Assembly (NCBI RefSeq): GCF_018977255.1 | Contig: NW_024705381.1 | Location: 1 to 50,136 of the forward strand | Direction: 5' to 3' | Length of the DNA stretch: 50,136 bases | Origin: Callorhinchus milii | Taxonomy: Eukaryota | Shown: in pieces, positions 39,501 through 48,646 of the stretch | Layout of the letters: each line of letters begins with the position of its first letter | Position numbering within the stretch: position 1 is the stretch's first letter | Position numbers and translations under genes: made by a program | Notes under the pieces: model-generated | Told to the model about the DNA's origin: nothing | The model's database searches: none | What the model saw: the letters and a program-made list of their open reading frames with translations, nothing else

Positions 39501-42500
39501 AAGTCTCGCGTGACGCCATCTCTTCTTAAACTATTTAATGAGCTACCTCATGTTCTAATCGATTTGTATCGCTCCCTCTCCATGCAGCCTCGCCGAGGTG
39601 GTGGGGGAGGGGATGCAGCAGCCTTAACCATTTGTTGCACGGACGTTGGCCTTCAGTCTCCCACTTGCAGCCAAATGGAAGCCTCGTGTTACAGGTGCGG
39701 GTGAGTGAACGTGCATCGACTTAACAGTGTACGTGTGGATGTGTGTTGAACTTCTTTCGCACTATACATGGCCAACCGCGCTAATCTGAGGTGCGTGTAC
39801 CTGCTGCAGTGTGCAAGCACCAGCACTGGGGAAGCAAGTGGTGGGGCGTGGTGCCGGCCACACCGCACCACCCCCCATCCCGCGCACCGTCACAGTACTT
39901 GCCCCAAAAGTCGTTGTAGACTATTAGGGATGTCTTTGTTGAAGGGTATATGATTTTTGTGTTGGTGTGTGCATTCGTGTTTGTATATAACGTCTGTGTG
40001 AGTGCACACTATTTTTAGGTTTGTATGCGTGGGTGTGAGAATGAATGCCGCGTGTGCATGATCATGCAAACCATCACTCCGTGTCCGAGTATGAGTGTGC
40101 ATTCATTTTTGTGAGGGTAGTGTGTGTGTGTGTACGAGTTCACGATTGTGTTTGTACGTGTGGATCAGCATTTGTGTAACAGACTGTGCATGTGTCAACG
40201 TGTATGCATGAGGGGAAACTAGGTCGACTCAGCCATAAATTAAGACCTGGAGAAGTGTGTAAACATCAGCACCAGGGAGATAATGGTGGCTGGGCGTGAT
40301 ATTGGTCACCCATCACCGTCGTGTGCCGTACCGGCCTTCATAGCTGCTCGCTAACAGCAATTTTCCCAAGGGTGGAAAGTTACGTAGGGGGGATATTTGT
40401 CCTTGTATGAGGGAGAGAGTGGTGGTGTACTGGTTATGGCATTGCGCTACAAACCCAGCAGTGATGGCACGTGTTTCCGGATCAATTGTAAATGAGCAAA
40501 ACATTCTCATTATCTGCCCTTTTGTATCAAGGCCTGATATTCCGATTTGTAAGATTATCTGAAAACCGGGGGCAAATCGCTCGTGGCAAGTGATATCTGG
40601 ACTTACCCTAGGCCTCACTTAAGTCAACCGAGTAAATATCAGTGCCCGAGCGTGGTTTGTAAATATGTAAAGTTGAACTTCTTTCGCACCGTACATAGCC
40701 AACCATGCTAATCGGAGGTGTGGGAGGGGGGGAAAAACAGCAACCTAACAAGTAAACCCGTAAAAACAAAATTTTTCACTATAAATCCTTTATATTCGTG
40801 GCAGCGAACTTAATATATGAATGAGTTCTATTTGAATATATGTAAAATACATTTTTTTGCCTAAAAAGTGTAAAATTTTGGGAATTTTTTTTCACGAACA
40901 TTAATTGTCTGGCACAACGAGTCTGTGTTGAAAATGTCAGCTCGATTGGATCACGGGAAGTGGGTTAAAAAACGACCGAAAGATTTGCACGGTCGTAAGC
41001 AAGCAAGCAAGTGAACTTAATATAAAGGATTTAAAAAGCAGTTCTAAAGAAATTCGTTTTCAATCTAGATTTAAAAGTGCATAGCTGCAGTGCCTTCGAA
41101 TATGGAAAGGAAGGACATTCCCAGACGGCTGCAGAAGTGCATCTGAAAGCGTGCGATGGAAGTGACCGTCTTTGTGGCCTTTGGGGTGACAAAGGCGACA
41201 AAGTTGGCCAGGCATGGTGGTGTGCATCACACCACCCCCCTTCGTGTGCCATTCCGGCTTAATAGAAGTCCAGGAGCCCAGACCAGATATTTCCGTAGTC
41301 AGTGCCAGATGAGGTGGCATAAACTTTAGCGGTTCCAATCTCATTTAACATGGCCAATAACAGTGAATCATGCAATAACCATTTTAAAAGAGAGAGTTAT
41401 CAATCATTTCGTGAGACTCAAATGTTTCTACCTTAGGTGGTACCCATTTCTGCTGGGCGGAACGTGCTCGCTAACAGCAGTTTTCTCATGCACATGCAAG
41501 ACTAAATATAAAGCTTTGTGTGTGTGCTATGGGTTTTATGGATTCAATACATACTATATATATTGAACCTTATAACCGAGAAGAGCGTCCTACGGCTAAA
41601 ACCCAGCAAGTTGGCACAGTGAGGAGCACAGTTGGTGCATCTGCCAGTCACGTCAGTCAGTTAACTCGTAACACGTGGGTCTTCCCCGTGACCTCCTCTC
41701 ACAGAGCCTTCCACACTTCCCGTGATAACATCTAAATGCAAATGTCTGGCACAAACGCCGTGGTGACGTCACCGGCATTTAGTGGTGGATAGCAGCTGTT
41801 GTTCGAAGAAAGGATTACAGTGGATCGTTGTAAGACACGACACGCCGTCCAAAAGTTTGTGCCCTTGTGTACATCAGTCCTAGTCATTTCATTTCCTGAG
41901 TCCCAGTGTTGTCTGTCCGGACGCTATGCCACTCACTGTGGCTGGTAGAGGAAGAGGTCGATGATGTTGTCACGCCCCTTTGTGTGGTTGAAGAACACGA
42001 AAAGGGACCAGTGGATGAGCCACGTGCGCTGCTGCAGCGCCTGCAGCGGAGAGCTGACCGACTGCGGGCGGAACACGGAGACAACGGAGTGACAACGCGA
42101 CAAGAGCGTGACAATAACAACACGGCAACAACATTAATGCATTGTAGCAACACAACAAAAATTGACAACCACATTCAAAAGTGCAAGGGTGCCAGCCATC
42201 TTTCAGCACATGATACAACTGCCACCTAGTGGCAAAATCTGGACACAAAAAATATTGGACACGATTACTGGGGACAATGGAGTTGGGATGCACTCAAGAA
42301 GGCTCAAGCAATCAACAGCTCCGTCCGTCTCTGTGGCTCCCAAGAAGCCATTACGAGCCTATCGAGACACACCAAGCCTTGGGCTTGAACCCAAGGTTTT
42401 CGCCGTGTGTTTTCTACGGCAACTAAATGGACAATATAGGCCTACCGAGATGCACCCACGGCTTCACCCAAAGAAATCGTCCGTCCGGTCTCAACGGCTT

Positions 42501-45500
42501 AGACACGGTCATTGTGAACCTAAGTCCCATGCCCTAAGCCACCCCATGTCTCTCCCAGCAACGCACGTTGTTGTCGATGGTGTCCTTGAGCCGGGACAGG
42601 TCCTCCATGGCCGCCTCCCAGTTCTGCATCAGGATCTCGGACGCCAGCTTTCCCCACAGCGAGTTCAGAGCATTGCGGTCGTTGGCAGGGACCTGGAAGG
42701 AGGTTGAGGGAGTAGGGTGGGGGGTGACAACCGCAGTGGGCGGGGGCGACCGGTGGTGTCAAGGACCCCAGAGTGTAGCCAGAGTCAGGCACGCTAGGAG
42801 GAGGCTGTGTCCCTAGGCTGTGTCCCTAGGCTGTAACAGAGTATCAGAGTATTGTTTTTTGTTTGCATTTGACTGCAAGTATTGTGGTTAATGTAAGCAT
42901 GATTCCTTGCAAAAGGTGTCAGTTTTGTTGCCAGAAAAAAAGGGGAAAAACCCTATTAGTATCAGGACTGTTGGAGTGTTGTATCGTAATAAAGAAGTTA
43001 CCTCTACAAGTGTCTCCGGAACCCATTACATTTCATGCGCAGCGACACTAAATTACCAGCTCACATGCCCATTCCACTAAACAAGCACACAGCTCATAAG
43101 CTTAAACTGTTTCGAGCTTAGGCTATCGCTTACACAAGCGCCTTTAACACGAACGCGGTGATGCATGTGGTGATGTAAATGTAAATCCACCCCTGGATGA
43201 GGGCTTCCCCACTATGTGCTGGTTGTGGAGGTTATTTAACCATACTTCACTATATTAAACCGTGTGAATTGATGAAGCCAGGGAACAAAGACAAAAAGAC
43301 AAAGATCCCCCATGTAGCATTAACAGATGTGTTGGAGGAAGTGCTGTTTGCGACCACCTATGGAGGCGGGCACAGCACACAATGGGGGCGGGTGGCCAAC
43401 ACCATGCCTGACCCGCCTTTGGACTCTCAAGTGGCGATGTTAACTCATAGCACTGCATACTCATTTCAGGCCGAGTCACTAGGTGAGGCCCAGACTGGTT
43501 CAGATAATTCGTCACTGGATTTGGTGGCCACGAGCGGGAACCGCACAAGGACAAAGATCCCCCATGTAGCCTTAACAGACTGTTGGGAAAGTGCTGTGAA
43601 CGAGCACCTATGAAGGCCAGTACGGCACACGAGGGGGTGGGTGGCCAGCACACACGTGCAATGCGAGTGGGGTGTGGTACCAGCACACGGTGGAAGTAGA
43701 GGTACTCCGCTGCTCCCGAGTAGTTCCCGCATTCGTACTGGAACTTGGCGTACTTGTAGAGCGTGTCCAGGTACTCTGCGCGGAACTGAGTCGTTGCAGG
43801 ACAAAGTCCGTGACGGGGAGGAGAGGAGAGGACGAGCCGTGATGAATCAACTCACACAATCAATGTTAGCTTTGGCTACAAATCACCAGCATTTTCCACT
43901 GAAGTAGAATAACTCAGGTTTATTTTTCATCACATTAGGATATTTAGAGCAACTTTTCCCATTTTCCTAAATTATAATTTTTATCTAACAACCACATGGC
44001 GTCGGTTCATAAAGCCTGACACACGTCAGGCAGATGTAACGGTGATTGGAGGCTACTGCCAATTCTGCCATCGACGCCGAGACTAAAGCTTACACCCTAT
44101 AGCTTTACTCGTCTAAATGTGAATGCATCTCAAATCGCAGATCTAAATGCGGGAAACATAACCGCAGTGGCGAAAACACGAGAGAAAAAACGAAACCATA
44201 CACATCAAGTGACAACAGAAAAGGGAACCGCAGAAGAAGCCAGCTGACAACACCATACACAAATGACGGGGGAACTAGAGCCGTCCAATCATCCTTGCAG
44301 CGGCTTTTGGCCAACCATCGAATAAAGACGGCAACTCCATTGTGTACTTTCGGATGTGCTTCTGCGGCCATCTGAAACGCTCTTCCTTCCCATATTAGGA
44401 AGACACTGGGGTTATGCACCTTTAAATCATCTACATTGAAAACAGATTTCTTTAAAACTGATTTTTGTGTTTGGTTTGTTGTCCTTCCTCCGCACCTCCG
44501 ACGAGCATGTTTGGCTACGTACGGTGCAAAAGAAGTTCAACGTCCATACATTGAGCAAGGCCAATGAGGAAACCCAGCTTGGTCACGAGGCTGCTGTTGC
44601 TAGCCAAGCGCGTCACTAAACAGAGTTGGTCGTCACTGGGTTGATGTTGGTAGTCGTAGGTGGTCATGGATACTTTACTTCATAGTCATATTGAGCTGGC
44701 TTTGATGGTCACTGGAATGGTGTCGGTAGTCATGAGAACTGATTTGGAAATGAACAGTTGTAATTGGTAGTTGCCGAGCTGTGGATGTCAAATGGTGTAA
44801 TGTAATAGAACTGTCTTCTTGTTCTTTCTGTAAAGTCACGTAGAAGGGAAATAATAAAATAATAAAAATAAAACATTATAAATACAATGACAATTGTTAC
44901 TTTACCGAAAGAACCAAGAAGATGAATCCCTGCAGTCACGAAAGCTTTAAATCGAAATGTCATAGAACTGGTAGGTATTCATGGGGCTGGTCCTGGTAGC
45001 GACACCAACGAGTTGGTGGCGACTGAGTTGTATTGGCGGTCACTAGCAACACGAGCTCTGGTGGCAGGGCTGGTGTTGCTAGTCACGAAGGGTGGTTAAG
45101 CATAACACCGTGGTCGTCACGTGAGCAGGGGAGAGCAATGCAGCTGCGGCGGGATCACTGTGTCCCCTGTTGGAACGCGGCCGCCTTCGCTCACCCCGTG
45201 GTTCTCAGCCAGGTAATCGAAGAGCTGCCGTCCATCCCTGCACGAGACACAATCACGCGACACACCAGACATCAGCTGTGGCTGCCATTGTAGCTTGGTT
45301 CGCGATGTAGTTGGTGATATATTTTGTGATGTAGGTGAAGATGTACATGGGCGATGTAGTAGGTGGTTAGGTACGTGGTAATGTACGTGGTTCTCTTAGC
45401 TGAAGCAGGTGGGATGTAAGATATAAAATATGATTCTAGATTTGAAGCTTTCGTGACTGCAATGATTCATATTCTTAGGTTTTTTCGGTAAAGTCACGTA

Positions 45501-48500
45501 GGTAAAACATCAAAATTAATAAAAATAAAATAAAATAAAGATCACGACGTTTCGGAGGCAGCACAAGTCTCCGTCATCAGGTGGGACCGTCACAGCCGGA
45601 TTAGCTGCATCAAGTGAGGCAATGATTCAAGATGTAATCCCTTAAAAGCGAGTTGAGGGGGGAGGAGAGGGGGGGGGGGCTCATTGGCTACCACATTCTG
45701 ATGAGCGAATGCAGCAAATAGTGTAACTGCGATATATTTAGTGACGTAGCAGACTATATAACTTGGGAACTGGCTAACAATATAATTGATGAGAGATATG
45801 CTGATATAGGCATGTGTATGTGTAAATTGTGCATTTGTACATGTGTATATGTGTATATGGTGTTCACGTAAAAGTTTGTATGCATGTGTGCACACGGTGG
45901 CTCAGTGGTTATGGTTCTGCACAAGCTCAACTTCAGGTCAGCAATATCCGAGGTTGTTATGGATCTCCCCTAGGTCGACTAAGCCTTAATTGAGCACTTG
46001 GTGCATTGTGAGAACCTCAACAGTTGGGAGACAAAAGTAGCCAGGACTTTCGTTCAGACAACAGGGCCCACTCATGTGCCATTCCGGTCTTAACAGGGAC
46101 TCGCTCACAGGTCATCTGTGAACCTTATTGGGCATTTGTGAAAAAAAGCTTTATAGCTCATCGGATTCCTCCAGTATAAGTAAATATTCTGATTGTGATA
46201 TTTTGAAGCATGCGCGTGCATGCAGACGTCACCGTGCGTTCTGGATCTGCCTCTGGACTTCCGCGTCTTCGAACATCTTCACTATGGGCTCCGTCTCCGC
46301 TTGAAGCTGCTTCAGTTGAGATACAACCTGTGCTCGCTTCTCCTTGAGAGCTGCAAGGCACAAGCAACATCGCACAATGTGGATTTATGTAGTGTCTAAA
46401 TGTAACCATAGCTCGAGATGCTGGACAGAAACAGAGGGAATTTATTTCAATGAGAAAGGAAGTCACTCATTAGGCATAGGAAAAAAGGAAGGACTTTATA
46501 GCCTGTGCTTGAATTAGGGCAGGATGTCAAGAGCAGGGATGGATGTGGAAAATAAGTTTTAGACGATGGCGGCGGCGGGAAAATTAGCAACCTCCCACTG
46601 AGCGAAGGTTGACCAGAGGCTTTCACAGAAAGTTTTGATTGCTGGGGGAATAGAGCGCTAGAGGGGAGAATAAGTAGGTGGGAACAAATCCAGTGGGGTA
46701 TTTGAAGATTGCGAGTGTAATCTTTAAGTTGATCAGGGATTGCATAGAATGGGCCGCTATTGCGGTGATGTGGTATCTTTACAGGTGTAGATAAGAAGTC
46801 TCGAAGCGGCATTTAGAGCTTAAAGGCTATATGTAAATACAATAACACGGTTTAGTGGTCTATGCAGTGCACTTCAATCATGGTCCCCGGCTTGGATTAC
46901 TTGCGTTTAGTTTTTTGTCCTCCCCCGCACCTCTGATTGGCACGGTTGGGTACGTACCATACGAAATAAGTTTTTTACATATATAACAGTGACCAAGTGT
47001 CGCATGGACCTGGCCGTCGTCTCTCGCTTACTCTGTGGGATGTCTTGGTTGGGGTACAGGTTCTTATTTACGTCCATGGCAAAATCCACCATGTTCGTGT
47101 TGCTGAGCAGATCCAGCTTCCCTTGCAGCAGCTCCTTCTCATCATAAATCTAAGGACACACAACACACGCACACACACACGTGTGTAAATCCACACAGGT
47201 GTAACCACGCACGCACAGGACTAACCACGTAAGTGTAAGCACGGACACGAACATGGGTATAAAGGAACCATAGCTGTACACACCGGTGCACGGACTGAAA
47301 AAGAGAGTGGGCCTCCAACAGCCAAGCTAAGAAACGTATCAAAGCTTACAAAAATGTCTGGAGACACGTCTAAAGCCGTGCTGCCTGCAGTGTATAACAA
47401 AGAGTCATGTACACCCCCCCCTCTCCTTTCACAATCAACTGCTGTACGACGGCATCCCACGCGGTTGTGGGGATTTGGCAATACAGTACTGTACTGTAAT
47501 TCACAGGCACTGGTCAGTGTGGGGGTCGTGCAAGAGTTGGGGGGGGGGTTCAGGTATGCTCCATCGATGTTAGCCGAGGCCGGGAATCGAACCTCACGTG
47601 GCAGGATGTATAGCGCGGTGTTCGGCTAACAATGGACTCAACAAAATGGGACCTTTTTTAAATCCTTTATATTAAGTTCGCTTGCTTGCGTGCTTGCTTG
47701 CTTGCTTACGACCGTGGAAATCTTTCGGTCGTTTTTAACCCACTTCCGTGATCCAATCGAGCTGCCATTTTCCAACACAGACTCGTTGTGCGTGACAATT
47801 AATTTTCGTAAATTTTTTTTTCCAAATTTTTACACTGTTTAGGGGAAATAAATTAAATATTTAATTACCAATTGCTTAATGCTGGCAGACAATCATCTGA
47901 CCCATAGGTGGCAGCCATCTCAAGCCAGAGGACGAGAGGACTCTAGCCGCCACGCATATAAAGGATTTAGAGTGAAAAACTTCGTTTTTTACGGGTTAAT
48001 TTATTACCGGCATCAAAGTATTTTTTCAGTGCACTAACCACTGCACCACCGCTCCACCCGGTGTTTGCCTTTGTACATAACGGCATCTATATACATGTTT
48101 ATAGCGTTACCATTCACGTTACAACTCCGTAATGGCTTCTGGGGTTAATAACCGCATCGATTAAACATTAAATGCTAAAAGCTTATTGATAAATTCCACA
48201 CGTGCGCGCGACCATTCACACAGAGGCCTACACAGGGCTTCCCATTCAGATTCCCTACACCACATAGGTCCGGCGGCTCAGCCCCGGCCAATCAAAAGCC
48301 GAGCAGCGGAACCCCACGTGACCCGGCTCCTCCAATCGCACGCGGCGCTTGTTAACCTTATCCGCGCTACGAAATCAAAACGCGTTTTCGGGCCTCTTCG
48401 CTTAGAGCGGAGCGAGGGGAGAGACGCGGAAGGTTAAAACTCCCCGAGATGGGAGGTCCAGTCGCCTCGACGGCTTCCCCGGGCGCGCGGTACCTCTTTG

Positions 48501-48583
48501 ACGGACAGAAATTCGAGCAGCGGGAAGACGAGATGCCTGTCCAGGCAGCGCCCGATGTTCGTGGTTAAGTCGAACTCCGCCAT
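18499..48583 (-). CDS. EIF3E: eukaryotic translation initiation factor 3 subunit E (INT6), spliced gene span; 10 of the expected 13 coding exons found
   Basis: Translated exons match the known vertebrate eIF3e sequence from [30 protein letters not shown] to [11 protein letters not shown]. All have GT-AG boundaries and consistent phases. Confidence 0.97.
18616..18941 (+). mobile_element. HINE-like element copy
   Basis: Same core, subTIRs and hairpin as 4174-4505. Confidence 0.75.
19200..19440 (-). pseudogene. degenerate RTE-like LINE ORF2 C-terminal fragment; similar fragments about 11640-11910 and 20060-20340
   Basis: Minus-strand translations [21 protein letters not shown] and NWTWAG resemble RTE-clade C-terminal motifs. 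Confidence 0.55.
21977..22021 (+). ncRNA. minimal hammerhead ribozyme, family C
   Basis: cac CTGAAGA(21982) a GGACGC..GCGCCC GAAA CGTC gtg. The element is flanked by the 14-bp direct repeat aaattaagactcgt (21959-21972, 22148-22161). Confidence 0.78.
24461..24595 (-). CDS. EIF3E: eIF3e exon equivalent to exon 12 (135 bp)
   Basis: [48 protein letters not shown] acceptor, GTGGG donor. Confidence 0.96.
25537..25586 (+). ncRNA. minimal hammerhead ribozyme, family A
   Basis: ttcttcac CTGAGGA(25545) c GGCTGC..GTGGCC GAAA CGTC gtgagaa. Confidence 0.82.
25960..26220 (+). mobile_element. L2-clade LINE 3' end; other copies 13538-13735(-), 18955-19035, 40670-41160(-), 44340-44551, 46860-46985
   Basis: Encodes [20 protein letters not shown] (L2 ORF2 C-terminal motif), then a conserved 3'UTR ending in (CATA)n. 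Confidence 0.75.
26322..26424 (-). CDS. EIF3E: eIF3e exon equivalent to vertebrate exon 11 (103 bp)
   Basis: [34 protein letters not shown] (PCI winged helix); TAG acceptor, GTG donor. Confidence 0.96.
27146..27175. other. assembly gap (30 N)
   Basis: N run. Confidence 1.
27176..35860. other. featureless, random-like block with no repeats, exons or long ORFs
   Basis: None of the repeat families or microsatellites that recur every few hundred bp elsewhere; longest ORF in the track is 94 aa; even base composition. Confidence 0.8.
36411..36644. mobile_element. inverted pair of PLE-type repeats (family A)
   Basis: Minus 36411-36533, plus 36534-36644. Confidence 0.75.
36821..37138. repeat. near-perfect ~150-bp-arm inverted repeat of the family D tail
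   Basis: ataatcaacgtttttgggtttagatcgcg...acaacattt / aaatgttgt...cgcgatctaaacccaaaaacgttgattat; the same sequence follows the hammerheads at 3420-3600 and 12031-12206. Confidence 0.9.
38247..38600. mobile_element. inverted pair of PLE-type repeats (family B)
   Basis: Minus tail 38247-38326, plus copy about 38327-38600; the plus copy is homologous to the minus copy at 45432-45705. Confidence 0.75.
38441..38485 (+). ncRNA. minimal hammerhead ribozyme, family B
   Basis: cac CTGATGA(38446) c GGAG..CTCC GAAA CGTC gtg. Confidence 0.8.
40755..41032 (-). mobile_element. HINE-like element copy, nested in an L2 3' tail
   Basis: Reverse complement of the 4174 family. Confidence 0.75.
41937..42061 (-). 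CDS. EIF3E: eIF3e exon 7 (125 bp)
   Basis: [44 protein letters not shown] acceptor, GTGAG donor. Confidence 0.96.
42567..42692 (-). CDS. EIF3E: eIF3e exon 6 (126 bp)
   Basis: [45 protein letters not shown] acceptor, GTGCG donor. Confidence 0.96.
43681..43785 (-). CDS. EIF3E: eIF3e exon 5 (105 bp)
   Basis: [38 protein letters not shown] acceptor, GTA donor. Confidence 0.96.
44815..44959. mobile_element. short inverted pair of PLE-type tails (family A); a similar pair lies at 4592-4761
   Basis: Tail sequence in both orientations. Confidence 0.65.
45195..45237 (-). CDS. EIF3E: eIF3e exon 4 (43 bp)
   Basis: [17 protein letters not shown] acceptor, GTGAG donor. Confidence 0.95.
45541..45585 (-). 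ncRNA. minimal hammerhead ribozyme, family B, in sense orientation in eIF3e intron 3
   Basis: Reverse complement reads cccac CTGATGA c GGAGAC..GCCTCC GAAA CGTC gtgat. Confidence 0.8.
46233..46350 (-). CDS. EIF3E: eIF3e exon 3 (118 bp)
   Basis: (T)[38 protein letters not shown](R); CAG acceptor, GTGA donor. Confidence 0.96.
47032..47149 (-). CDS. EIF3E: eIF3e exon 2 (118 bp)
   Basis: [41 protein letters not shown] acceptor and GTAAG donor. Confidence 0.96.
47660..47997 (+). mobile_element. HINE-like element copy in eIF3e intron 1
   Basis: Near-identical to 4174-4505. Confidence 0.75.
48494..48583 (-). CDS. EIF3E: eIF3e coding exon 1 (90 bp)
   Basis: [30 protein letters not shown]; start context gccaagATGG; donor GTA at 48493. 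Confidence 0.97.
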
Positions 48584-48646
48584 CTTGGCGCGAGGGGAGG
48601 GGGCAATGAGACCTTGCGGGGCGGAGTCCCCTGACGTCACTTCCGG
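48577..48646 (-). promoter_or_regulatory. eIF3e proximal promoter / 5'UTR: YY1 site over the ATG, pyrimidine tract, GC box, CRE-ETS composite
   Basis: CCGCCATCTT 48577-48586; minus-strand CCCCCTCCCCTC about 48593-48604; GGGGCGGAG 48618-48626; TGACGTCA 48632-48639 overlapping CACTTCCGG 48638-48646; CpG-rich surroundings. Confidence 0.7.

Noticed and set aside
11060..46815. Short unique patches that also look random (about 11060-11460, 14695-15175, 17290-17720, 37140-37560, 40460-40670, 46450-46815), some coinciding with 100-120 aa ORFs
   Set aside because: No recognisable protein similarity, and too short to distinguish from ordinary unique DNA by eye
18535..48493. Intronic snoRNAs in eIF3e
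   Set aside because: No convincing C/D or H/ACA box pair with terminal stem seen; would need snoscan/Infernal
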